51,027 bases of DNA from assembly GCA_043813075.1 (NCBI GenBank), contig JBDRLL010000032.1:1-51027 (forward strand), read 5' to 3'. Source of the DNA: Candidatus Altiarchaeota archaeon. GTDB lineage: Archaea > Altiarchaeota > Altiarchaeia > IMC4 > SCGC-AAA252-I15. Under the pieces are notes generated by a model that worked only from the letters and a program-made list of their open reading frames with translations, was not told the DNA's origin and searched no databases. This document shows positions 8,375-17,093 of this stretch, piece by piece. Made by a program: the position numbers and the translations under genes. The stretch's first letter is position 1. Each line of letters begins with the position of its first letter.

Positions 8375-8385
8375 CAAAATCTAAG

Positions 8386-9783
8386 ATGAGCCTACGAGTA
8401 TACAACACAATGTCCAGGAGGCTGGAGGAATTCAAGCCCCTCAGCGAAGGCAAGGTCAGTGTATACGTCTGCGGGATGACGGTGTACGACAACATGCACA
8501 TCGGGCACGCGAGGACGTACGTCGCATTCGACGTGATACTACGCTACCTCAAACACAGTGGCTACAAGGTGCGGTACATCCAAAACATCACGGACATAGA
8601 CGACAAGATAATAAACCGGGCCAGAGAACGCGACACCAACCCGATGGAACTATCCAGAGAATACGCTGAAAAAGCACTGAAAGACCAGGAAGCTCTCGGC
8701 CTCATGAAAGCCGACGAATACCCGAAGGTGTCGGAGACCATCCCAGACATAATCAACGCAGCCCAGACCCTGATAAGCAAAGGTCACGCATACGTCGTCA
8801 ACGGCAGCGTATACTTCAGCGTATCGTCCGCCGACGGCTACGGGAAGCTGTCCAACCAGGATATCGAACAGTTGAACAGGCATCGGATAGACCCTGACCC
8901 TGAAAAGAAGGACCCCCTCGACTTCGCACTATGGAAGAGGGTGCCTGACGGGGAACATGGGTTTGAAAGTCCATGGGGCTACGGTAGGCCAGGCTGGCAC
9001 ATAGAATGCTCTGTCATGTCGAAAAAGCATCTCGGCGACAGCTTCGACATACACGGCGGAGCGCTAGACCTCATATTCCCACACCACGAGAACGAGGTGG
9101 CGCAGAGCGAGGCGTTGACAGGTAAAAAACCGTTCGTGAAATACTGGATGCACACCGGCTTCCTCAACTCGTCTGGAGAGAAGATGAGCAAGTCGCTCGG
9201 CAACATACTCTCTGTAAGAGAATTCCTAGACAAACACAGCAAAGACGCGTTCCGGCTGTTCATACTCCAGTCACACTACAGGAGTCCCGTAGACTACGGG
9301 GAAGAAAAAATACATGCAGCTGAAAGCGCTCTTTCGCGGCTAAGGAACTTCAGGAAAAACATGTTGGCAACTTCCGATTCCGCCAGTGAAAACGGCAGTG
9401 AAAAAATTTTTGAGATATTCGAGAGATTTAGGGCAGAGTTCAACGAGGCGATGGACGACGACTTCGACACGCCAAAGGCGATATCCCGGATATTCACTGC
9501 AGTCAAGGACTCAAACACGCTCTTGCCGGGGGGAACGGACTCAAGGGAATCCCTCAGAAAGTCGATTGAAATACTCGACGAACTAGCTGGAGTCATAGGA
9601 CTGAACCTAGTTGAAGACGGTGTTACGCTGACTGACGTCGAAGAGGAGCTGATAGAGCGCCGTAAGCGCCTCCGTGACGAGAAGAACTGGGCGGAATCAG
9701 ACCGCATACGCGGTGAACTCGCGAAACGCGGTCTAAGGATCATAGACAAGAGCGATGGATTAACAATCGTTGAAAGGATTTAA
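8386..9783 (+). CDS. cysS: Cysteine--tRNA ligase (start corrected to the ATG at 8386)
   Basis: MSLRVYNTM, CGMTVYDNMHIGH, DFALWK, GRPGWHIECS, DIHGGALDLIFPHHENE, KMSKS. Confidence 0.97.
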   Translation: MSLRVYNTMSRRLEEFKPLSEGKVSVYVCGMTVYDNMHIGHARTYVAFDVILRYLKHSGYKVRYIQNITDIDDKIINRARERDTNPMELSREYAEKALKDQEALGLMKADEYPKVSETIPDIINAAQTLISKGHAYVVNGSVYFSVSSADGYGKLSNQDIEQLNRHRIDPDPEKKDPLDFALWKRVPDGEHGFESPWGYGRPGWHIECSVMSKKHLGDSFDIHGGALDLIFPHHENEVAQSEALTGKKPFVKYWMHTGFLNSSGEKMSKSLGNILSVREFLDKHSKDAFRLFILQSHYRSPVDYGEEKIHAAESALSRLRNFRKNMLATSDSASENGSEKIFEIFERFRAEFNEAMDDDFDTPKAISRIFTAVKDSNTLLPGGTDSRESLRKSIEILDELAGVIGLNLVEDGVTLTDVEEELIERRKRLRDEKNWAESDRIRGELAKRGLRIIDKSDGLTIVERI

Positions 9784-9813
9784 GCACTAACGTGTTATAT
9801 CAATGGCGGCACT

Positions 9814-10296
9814 ATGATGGACAGGAAGATCAGCAACAGGATGGTCGGCGGACTGCTCATAGCCCTTGCGTTAGCGGTGTCATACCTGCTGGTATCGTTC
9901 CTGAACATGCTGAACGAGCTGAGCCAGAGCTCTTGCACGTGCGGCGACACCTGCAACATGGTCCACTATGATACTCCCGCAACATTCTACCTCGGGTTCA
10001 TAGCAGTATTCATCCTACTATTCATCGGCATATACATATTCGCGAAGAAGGAGCCTGCCACAACATCGGACCGGAAGGAAAAGTGGTCTGAAAAACTCAG
10101 CACCCTCGACGCCGACGAGAAGGTGGTATTCACGCTGCTTATGGAGTCGGATGGCACGCTATTCCAAAGCGAGATAGTCGAGAAGACTGGGCTATCCAAG
10201 GTGAAGGTCACGCGGATACTCGACAAACTAGAGTCTCGTATGATGGTGGAACGCAGGAGACGCGGCCTCACAAACATAGTGGTCATCAAGGATTGA
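9814..10296 (+). CDS. Membrane-anchored winged-HTH protein (COG2512-like)
   Basis: Two TM segments around a CTCGDTC loop; C-terminal QSEIVEKTGLSKVKVTRILDKLE...RRRRGLTN. Confidence 0.8.
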   Translation: MMDRKISNRMVGGLLIALALAVSYLLVSFLNMLNELSQSSCTCGDTCNMVHYDTPATFYLGFIAVFILLFIGIYIFAKKEPATTSDRKEKWSEKLSTLDADEKVVFTLLMESDGTLFQSEIVEKTGLSKVKVTRILDKLESRMMVERRRRGLTNIVVIKD

Positions 10297-10325
10297 CTGG
10301 CATGTATTCTTCCGCACGCATCTTC

Positions 10326-10745
10326 TCATGCGTGCTCTCTTATCCTGGATTCCCGCTCCTTAACGCAGAGCTCGCAGTCTTTCTTGCTGCAGTCGTAGGT
10401 CTTCCTATCCCCCCAGTGGAGCCCGTACTCCCTCATCTCCTCCACGATCTTGCAGGCGTCCTTGCCCTTCCCTGTTAGCGTGTAGTAGACCCTCTCCGGC
10501 TTGGCGCTCGAATCCACCCTCCTGTTGGCGAGACCATCCTCCACCATCTCCTTAAGCCTCTCTGAAAGGACCTTAGCGCTCACGTCGCCCAGCATCTTAC
10601 GCAATTCCATGAAGCCGAGCCTGTGCCTGCTGCTGTAGTATATCTCCTTTATGATTAGTATAGTCCACCTCTTACCCAACAGTTTAATCGTCTGCCTTAC
10701 TGGACAGTATTCCCCCGGCAAATCCTTAATCCGCTTACCACCCAT
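10326..10745 (-). CDS. HxlR-family transcriptional regulator
   Basis: YCPVRQTIKLLGKRWTILII, VSAKVLSERLKEM, PERVYYTLTGKG; extra C-terminal CSKKDCELC. Confidence 0.9.
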   Translation of the reverse strand: MGGKRIKDLPGEYCPVRQTIKLLGKRWTILIIKEIYYSSRHRLGFMELRKMLGDVSAKVLSERLKEMVEDGLANRRVDSSAKPERVYYTLTGKGKDACKIVEEMREYGLHWGDRKTYDCSKKDCELCVKERESRIREHA

Positions 10746-10839
10746 CCTAGCAAAGTATCCTCCCAGTTACCATACTCTTTAAATAATATACTATCCATTA
10801 GATACTGGTATTAAAAAGTAACTTTAAGGAGGTGCTGTG

Positions 10840-10860
10840 ATGGGGCCAGGTTGTTGCTAA
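10840..10860 (+). CDS. Candidate micro-ORF MGPGCC
   Basis: SD AAGGAGGTG (10826-10834), 5-nt spacer, then ATG GGG CCA GGT TGT TGC TAA. Confidence 0.35.
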   Translation: MGPGCC

Positions 10861-10917
10861 AAAGGACCAGAAAAATAACATTTTCTTCTTTTTATCATAC
10901 CCTCCTATTCATCAAAA

Positions 10918-11499
10918 ATGGGTCTTGGAAAACTGAATGGCGTTGAAAACCGCGGCGGATTGGGTGAGAACACGGTGTTCCTAGCCACAGCATTCCTAGT
11001 CCTCTTTGCGGCGGGAATAGTCTATGCAGCAACATACCTAGGCGACGCGCAAAGCCAAGTAAACCCGCTGCAAACCACGCCTACAACATCTACTAGTATG
11101 ATGCCCTCCATTACCGAATCGACCACAACAACCATAAAACCCACACCAACGACGCAGACAACCACGCCCCCCGCTGTAGAAGACATCGAATCAAGCACCC
11201 CCTCATCAACGTCTACCCCCACTTCCACGGGGACGACAATACCCTACTACATGGAGAAATACTCTGGTAAGGGCTACCGGCAGGCATATGTTGACATAAC
11301 CTTCTTCTGCCCCAGTTGCGTTCCAGCTGTCGCCAGGAACCTGCAGAACGAGGCCGGCGTAATCTCAAAGAGCATGAGCTACGCGCAGAAGACGAGCTGG
11401 ATCATATACGACCCGCGCCTCGTCGAACTGGACCGCATAATACAGCTTGCGGGTGCGAATGGAGAGGCGACACTACTCAATGACACAGAGATAAAATAG
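10918..11499 (+). CDS. Membrane-anchored HMA-domain protein (MerP-like) with a Thr/Ser/Pro linker
   Basis: N-terminal TM, Thr-rich stalk, C-terminal ITFFCPSCVPAVARNL...IIYDP. Confidence 0.7.
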   Translation: MGLGKLNGVENRGGLGENTVFLATAFLVLFAAGIVYAATYLGDAQSQVNPLQTTPTTSTSMMPSITESTTTTIKPTPTTQTTTPPAVEDIESSTPSSTSTPTSTGTTIPYYMEKYSGKGYRQAYVDITFFCPSCVPAVARNLQNEAGVISKSMSYAQKTSWIIYDPRLVELDRIIQLAGANGEATLLNDTEIK

Positions 11500-11506
11500 C
11501 GTAAAA

Positions 11507-11853
11507 ATGGATTTCAAGGGCATACTACTGGGGTTCAAGGCAAGCTTAATAGCGTCAAGCTGCTGCACACTACCGCTGATACTTGCGGTGGCGTTCAGCA
11601 TGATGGGTGTCGGCAGCATCACCGCAGCATTGGCCATACCCAAATACAAGTACTTCTTCATCACGGCGGCTCAGCATTCCTACTGGCCTCACTCTACTTC
11701 AACATCAAGAAACGGTGTGGCGGGTCATGCAGGATAAGCGACGTGAAGAAGATGAAGACGCTCGTCATAATCAGCATACTAACCTACGTGGTGTTCACCA
11801 TGATAGTGCTATACGTGATACTTCCCGTTGTCGCTGAGTGGGCGCTCGCGTGA
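11507..11853 (+). pseudogene. MerT-like heavy-metal transporter split by a 1-nt frameshift near 11667
   Basis: Frame 1 ASSCCTLPLIL...YKYFFITA continues in another frame as SAFLLASLYFNIKKRCGGSC...EWALA* (TGA 11851-11853). Confidence 0.7.
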
Positions 11854-11885
11854 GTTTTTAGCATATCCTGCGATACATATCTAGG

Positions 11886-12578
11886 TTGAAAAAGATAAGG
11901 ATAATCTACCTGACGGTGTTAGCCTTCTTCTGCCTGACGCTGCTGCCATCGGCAGTCAGGCATGCCTTATTCCTAATGGGCGGGAAGGGCCTGCCAAGCA
12001 TACTCACCGGCAGGTGGGACATAGCCCTCGTGAACATAGCCTTCTTCCTGCTCTTCCTCAGCCTGCTAAGGTTCAAGAAGCGTGTTAACTGGAGGTCCAG
12101 GAACATATACGCCGCCTTCATAATAGCGTTGTTCGCGGAGATGTACGGCTTCCCATTGACTGCATACTTTGTAGCCAACTACCTTGGCGCCATAGAGGTG
12201 GACTACAGGCCGGCATACGCTATTGGCGTTAGCTTCATGGGCGTTGACTTCATGCTGCCCACGATGATGATTGTCGGAGGGGCCATAACGGTATTCGGCC
12301 TGCTGTTGATAGTCCTGGGGTGGTATAAGGTTTACTCTTCCCTGGGTGGTCTGGTGACCGACGGTATATACAAGTACTCCAGGAATCCACAGTATGTGGG
12401 CATGATACTAGTCACATTCGGCTGGATAATACACTGGCCCACCATACTCACAGTCCTGATGTGGCCTGTGCTGGCTTGGACCTACTATAACCTCGCCAGG
12501 GAGGAGGAGGCTAACATGCAGGCCCAGTTCCCTGGTGAATACGCTAAGTACAAGTCAGAAACACCCATGTTCATATAA
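11886..12578 (+). CDS. Isoprenylcysteine carboxyl methyltransferase / PEMT-family membrane protein
   Basis: ALFAEMYGFPLT, LVTDGIYKYSRNPQYVG, REEE...FPGEY..Y...PMFI. Confidence 0.85.
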   Translation: MKKIRIIYLTVLAFFCLTLLPSAVRHALFLMGGKGLPSILTGRWDIALVNIAFFLLFLSLLRFKKRVNWRSRNIYAAFIIALFAEMYGFPLTAYFVANYLGAIEVDYRPAYAIGVSFMGVDFMLPTMMIVGGAITVFGLLLIVLGWYKVYSSLGGLVTDGIYKYSRNPQYVGMILVTFGWIIHWPTILTVLMWPVLAWTYYNLAREEEANMQAQFPGEYAKYKSETPMFI

Positions 12579-12624
12579 AATATAATATTATGTTATACTA
12601 TATAAAATGTGTCCATATAATATA

Positions 12625-12778
12625 ATATGTCTATATCATCATATGATTATATATTCATTTAAAATACAATGTATGTCATATGACAATAATTTCATAATAA
12701 TGCCTCTTTTATTAATACTGTATGTCACCGTTTTGGTTACTATACTGCTTAAATAGTTATATGAAAATAATTACATAT
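12625..12778. promoter_or_regulatory. Four imperfect ATATGA-N8-TCATAT operators (ArsR/SmtB type)
   Basis: Copies at 12625-12644, 12641-12660, 12678-12697 and 12759-12778; the last overlaps the ArsR ATG. Confidence 0.6.
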
Positions 12779-13121
12779 GAATGAATTGTCATACAAACTT
12801 TTCTTTAAGGCGTTCTCGAACACAACGAGATTCACCATAATCCACCTGCTGCGAAACAAACCAATGAACGTCTCTGAAATCTGCGAGAAAACAGGGTTCG
12901 AGCAGAGCAGAATATCCCACAACCTAAGGTACCTGCACGCGTGGGGATTCGTCAACTGCGAGAAGGACGGGAGAAACAGGATATACCGCCTGGACGGGAA
13001 ATACCTACTGCCCATAATCGACCACATGGAAAAGTACATGGAAGAATACGAGGAGAAGCTCAAGACATGCGGCATACTCCACGCAAAGAAGATATGCAAG
13101 CACCTGGAGGATGAGTGGTGA
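12777..13121 (+). CDS. ArsR/SmtB-family transcriptional regulator
   Basis: FFKAFSNTTRFTIIHLL, EQSRISHNLRYL, KDGRNRIYRL. Confidence 0.9.
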   Translation: MNELSYKLFFKAFSNTTRFTIIHLLRNKPMNVSEICEKTGFEQSRISHNLRYLHAWGFVNCEKDGRNRIYRLDGKYLLPIIDHMEKYMEEYEEKLKTCGILHAKKICKHLEDEW

Positions 13122-13963
13122 AACGAAAGATAATCAGGATAGACGAGGACAAGTGCACAGGATGCGGGCTATGCATACCCAACTGCCCAGAAGGCGCACT
13201 CCAGATGATAGACGGCAAAGCCAGGCTAATAAGCGACCTATTCTGCGACGGCCTCGGCGCCTGCATAGGACACTGCCCTGAAGGAGCCATCAAGATAGAG
13301 GAGCGCGAGGCAGAACCATATGACGAGAAAAAAGTCATGGAAAACATAGTCAGAGCAGGACCCAACACAATAAAAGCACACATGGCACACCTGAAGGACC
13401 ATGGCGAGACCGGCTTCTACAATCAGGCTGTGGAATACCTGAAGGATAATGGAATCAGAGTCCCAGACCTCGAGGGTAAGATACCGTGCGCTTCATCGCC
13501 CGGCGGATGTCCTGGCTCAAGGATGATGGACTTCTCTAGCATTCCGGATGGTGCAGATGAATCCGGCTCCCGGCAATCACAGCTGCGCCAATGGCCGGTT
13601 CAACTGCACCTCGTGCACCCTCTGGCGCCATACTTCCAGGGAAAGGATGTGGTGCTGGCCGCCGACTGCGTCGCATACTCTCTGGCAGACTTCCACAAGG
13701 ACTACTTGAAGGGTAAGGGCCTTGCCATAGCCTGCCCCAAGCTTGACAGCGAGCTGGAAGTGTATGTGGACAAGATAAAGTCCATGATAGACGACGCACG
13801 GATAAACACGCTCACAGTCATGACCATGGAGGTCCCATGCTGCAGTGGGCTATTACGCATAGCACAGAAAGCGGTCGAAGATGCGGGCAGGAAGATCCCG
13901 TTAAAGCACGTTATGGTGGGCATACAGGGCAAGATACTGGCTGAGGAATGGGTCTCAGACTAG
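13115..13963 (+). CDS. 4Fe-4S dicluster protein with a Cys-rich C-terminal domain (type often linked to hcp)
   Basis: CTGCGLCIPNCP, CDGLGACIGHCP, GGCPGS, QWPVQL, ACPKLD, MEVPCCSG. Confidence 0.85.
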   Translation: MVKRKIIRIDEDKCTGCGLCIPNCPEGALQMIDGKARLISDLFCDGLGACIGHCPEGAIKIEEREAEPYDEKKVMENIVRAGPNTIKAHMAHLKDHGETGFYNQAVEYLKDNGIRVPDLEGKIPCASSPGGCPGSRMMDFSSIPDGADESGSRQSQLRQWPVQLHLVHPLAPYFQGKDVVLAADCVAYSLADFHKDYLKGKGLAIACPKLDSELEVYVDKIKSMIDDARINTLTVMTMEVPCCSGLLRIAQKAVEDAGRKIPLKHVMVGIQGKILAEEWVSD

Positions 13964-13966
13964 GGT

Positions 13967-14293
13967 GTGATGATGGACGATATAACCGGCAAAGTATATG
14001 GGATTGAAGGCCTCGTCGAATACCAGTCCGGTTCGGTGGTCAGCAGGGAGATAGTCCGGAACGAGAATGGGACCGTTACGGTCTTCGCTTTTGACGTGGG
14101 TCAGGGCCTCAGCGAGCATACCGCCCCCTACAACGCTCTCGTCTATGTCCTGGATGGTGAGGCAGAGGTCATCATATCTGGTTTATCTAATAACGTCGCC
14201 AGGGGCGAGATGATAATAATGCCGAAGGACAGGCCTCATGCCCTTAATGCGGTCAAAAGGTTCAAGATGCTTCTGGTCATGATCCGCTTTTGA
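13967..14293 (+). CDS. Cupin domain protein
   Basis: FAFDVGQGLSEHTAP...LDGE...PHAL. Confidence 0.88.
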   Translation: MMMDDITGKVYGIEGLVEYQSGSVVSREIVRNENGTVTVFAFDVGQGLSEHTAPYNALVYVLDGEAEVIISGLSNNVARGEMIIMPKDRPHALNAVKRFKMLLVMIRF

Positions 14294-14327
14294 ATACGCT
14301 GGTTTCAACACGGTAACCACAACGCAT

Positions 14328-14350
14328 TTAAGTATATAATACATACTTAA
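14328..14350. promoter_or_regulatory. Inverted repeat upstream of the copper operon; putative operator
   Basis: TTAAGTAT-N7-ATACTTAA, overlapping a TATA-like sequence. Confidence 0.5.
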
Positions 14351-14443
14351 TCACTATTGTATATTATTTTTCGGGCGGCTGAAACTAGTTTCCACCATAT
14401 GTCCTTATACTGTTTCAGCGAATACCATGCAACAGGTGAACAA

Positions 14444-14656
14444 ATGGATGAGACAAAAATCAGGGTAAACGGAATGCACTGCAAGAGCTGCGAGATGCTG
14501 GTAAAAGAAGACCTGAAGGAAATACACGGCATAATAGAGGCAACAGCCAGCCACAGCGACGGCACAGTAAGAATACGCCATAACGGCCCCCTGGACTTGG
14601 GGAAAGTCAAGTCTGCCATAACAGAGCTAGGATACAAGGTGGTTGAGGATGAGTAA
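14444..14656 (+). CDS. copZ: CopZ-like copper chaperone (HMA domain; start at the ATG at 14444)
   Basis: GMHCKSC motif, AITELGYKV; SD AGGTGA. Confidence 0.85.
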   Translation: MDETKIRVNGMHCKSCEMLVKEDLKEIHGIIEATASHSDGTVRIRHNGPLDLGKVKSAITELGYKVVEDE

Positions 14657-16100
14657 GAAGACAGTCGACTTCAACATCGACTTCATGGAGTGCGCAAGCT
14701 GCAGCACAATAATAGAGAGGGAAGCAAGGAAGATCAAGGGAGTCACAGAGATAAAAGCAGACTACGTGAAAGGCAAAGGCACTGTAACATACGACACACG
14801 GAAGACCAGCATAGACAAAATATTCGAGAAGATAGGGTCAAAGGGATACGAGTGCAAGACAAAGCCTGAACAAAAGGAAGGCAAGATAAAGTCGATAACA
14901 CTACTACTAGGCGCTATAGTAATACTAATGGGCGCCTACGTGCTATACGAGAACTTCGCGGGATACTCCATGCCAATCCTAGACCAGAACACGTCACTAC
15001 TGCTATTGTTCACAATAGGACTGCTTACCGGATTCCACTGCATCGCAATGTGCGGCGGATTCGTGATAGGATACACCACAAAAGACAGCGGAGTGAACCT
15101 AAGGTCGCACCTGACATACGGACTCTCAAAGACAGCATCATACGCGATAATCGGCGCAATATTCGGATTCATCGGATCGCTGATAACATTCACGCCACTA
15201 ATGCGCGGGATGGCCGCAGTGCTGGCGGGAGCATTCCTGATACTATTCGGCCTCAACATGCTGAACATATTCACATGGTTCCGCAGGTTCCGGCTGAAGA
15301 CGCCAGGATTCATAAGCAAGAAAATCACTGGCGCCAGAGGCAGAAGCCCAATGGCAATAGGACTGCTCAACGGATTAATGATTGCCTGCGGCCCCCTGCA
15401 GGCAATCTATATCTTCGCGGCAGCGTCAGGAAGCGCCTACTATGGGGCCCTATACCTGGCTGCATTCGGGTTGGGCACTCTCCCAGTCCTACTGGGATTC
15501 GGAGTCCTAGCCTCAGTGCTCAGCTCTAGCCTGACCCACAGGATCGTAAGGTATTCGGGCGTCGTAGTCATACTCCTCGGACTGGTAATGCTGAACAGGG
15601 GCCTCGCTTTGACAGGGACCGGATACGACGTTAACACGGTCCTCGTATCCGCTGAAGCATACGAGGACACTGCAACAGCCTCAATAGAGCCTGTAACACT
15701 CGATGCTACAGGATACCAAGAGATCCGAATGGAAGTGACCCGCTACGGCTGGAACCCAGACAAGTTCCTGCTTAAGAAGGGCGTTCCAGTAAGGTGGATT
15801 ATAGACGGCAAGGAGATAAACGGCTGCAACAACGCGATTCAGGTGCCGAAGCTCGGATTAAAGTTCGACATAAAGCCCGGCCTGCAGACGATAGAGTTCA
15901 CCCCAACAGAAGAGGGCACCATACCCTGGAGCTGCTGGATGGGCATGATACCCGGGGTATTCGTCGTTAAGGACGACATCGGCGTTGACACTCCAATAGA
16001 CGCCCAAAAGGAGTTGGAGGCAGTTCCATTAACTTCAGGTGGTGGCTCATGCGGCGGAGGCTGCGGTGGCGGAGGCTGCGGCTGCGGCTGCGGAGGATGA
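14649..16100 (+). CDS. HMA + DsbD_2/TauE-like membrane domain + cupredoxin fusion protein
   Basis: MECASC; GFHCIAMCGG and GLMIACGPL; FGLGTLP; WSCWMGM; Gly/Cys tail. Confidence 0.88.
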   Translation: MSKKTVDFNIDFMECASCSTIIEREARKIKGVTEIKADYVKGKGTVTYDTRKTSIDKIFEKIGSKGYECKTKPEQKEGKIKSITLLLGAIVILMGAYVLYENFAGYSMPILDQNTSLLLLFTIGLLTGFHCIAMCGGFVIGYTTKDSGVNLRSHLTYGLSKTASYAIIGAIFGFIGSLITFTPLMRGMAAVLAGAFLILFGLNMLNIFTWFRRFRLKTPGFISKKITGARGRSPMAIGLLNGLMIACGPLQAIYIFAAASGSAYYGALYLAAFGLGTLPVLLGFGVLASVLSSSLTHRIVRYSGVVVILLGLVMLNRGLALTGTGYDVNTVLVSAEAYEDTATASIEPVTLDATGYQEIRMEVTRYGWNPDKFLLKKGVPVRWIIDGKEINGCNNAIQVPKLGLKFDIKPGLQTIEFTPTEEGTIPWSCWMGMIPGVFVVKDDIGVDTPIDAQKELEAVPLTSGGGSCGGGCGGGGCGCGCGG

Positions 16101-16106
16101 ATAAAA

Positions 16107-16709
16107 ATGATTGAAGGAAAATACGCTATATGGATGGTGGCAGTCGCTTTGACCGCGGTTGCGCTATACTCGTATGCAGGGTCAAGCATCACATCGAACG
16201 CGATTGCGCAAGACATGCCTGTAAAGCCTGGCGTTGTACGGATAACAGAGTACAGCGACTTCAAGTGCCCGTACTGCGGGAGAGCCGCAGAAAACGTGGG
16301 TGTCCTGAAGGAGAAGTACGGCGACAAGATAGAAGTACTATACAAGCACTTCCCACTGTCATTCCATCAGGGAGCTGACACTGCAGCCGAAGCATCGGAA
16401 TGCGCGAGAGACCAGGGACGATTCTGGGAGTACCACGACCGCCTGTTCGAAGACTCCGGCAGGGGTGTTGACATCGGGCGCGCCACCACGCTAAAGACCA
16501 TTGCAGGCGAACTGGATCTTGACACCGACGCATTCAACGAATGCCTCGACTCCGGAGCGAAGAAAAGCCTGGTAAAACAACAGATTAACGAGGCCTCCAG
16601 GCTTGGCGTAACGGGCACGCCCACATTCTTCATAGAAGGGGAGAAGATTGTCGGCGCCCAGCCTGTCGAAACGTTTAGCAGGATAATAGACTCGAAAATC
16701 GGTGGGTGA
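16107..16709 (+). CDS. DsbA-family thiol-disulfide oxidoreductase
   Basis: EYSDFKCPYC, KHFPL, GVTGTPTFFI; N-terminal anchor. Confidence 0.9.
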   Translation: MIEGKYAIWMVAVALTAVALYSYAGSSITSNAIAQDMPVKPGVVRITEYSDFKCPYCGRAAENVGVLKEKYGDKIEVLYKHFPLSFHQGADTAAEASECARDQGRFWEYHDRLFEDSGRGVDIGRATTLKTIAGELDLDTDAFNECLDSGAKKSLVKQQINEASRLGVTGTPTFFIEGEKIVGAQPVETFSRIIDSKIGG

Positions 16710-17092
16710 TGATGGATAAAAAATGGGTTGCCGTGTCTGGAATAGCGTTGGTAACGTTAATCGCCGCGGTCTCAAGCATTGTGTTCGCCACCCAACAGTC
16801 CTTCGAGGAAAGGCGTGCGGGCGTGATAGGGGAGATGAACACCCTCATAGCAGAGCAGAAGACGGACGGTGAATACCGTTGCTGCATAGACCCGCCGTGC
16901 GACATGTGCTTTCTAGGCCATTGGATATGGGGGGACGGGAAGTGTAGGTGCGACGACATGATAGCGAAGGGCGAGTTCGACAAGGTATGCCCCCAGTGCA
17001 AGAAAAAGGCGGAGGAAGGGCAGTGCAAGTCAAGCGAGGGAGCGGCAATATGCGAACTCCCATCGAACTTCAATGGTACGGAGGTGGATTAA
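16706..17092 (+). CDS. Membrane-anchored Cys-rich protein of unknown function
   Basis: N-terminal TM; CCIDPPCDMC...CRCDD...CPQC...C...C. Confidence 0.7.
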   Translation: MMMDKKWVAVSGIALVTLIAAVSSIVFATQQSFEERRAGVIGEMNTLIAEQKTDGEYRCCIDPPCDMCFLGHWIWGDGKCRCDDMIAKGEFDKVCPQCKKKAEEGQCKSSEGAAICELPSNFNGTEVD

Positions 17093-17093
17093 T

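Noticed and set aside
8179-8385. 69-aa N-terminal extension of CysRS in the ORF track
   Set aside because: It runs through tRNA-Cys and the structured spacer; CysRS similarity begins at the ATG at 8386.
10755-10822. GTAWC/GWTAC half-sites as an HxlR operator
   Set aside because: Spacing is inconsistent (5 versus 6 nt) and the arms are degenerate; too weak to call.
11607-11837. 76-aa ORF overlapping the merT-like gene
   Set aside because: Wrong frame; the hydrophobic continuation is in the third frame, ending at 11853.
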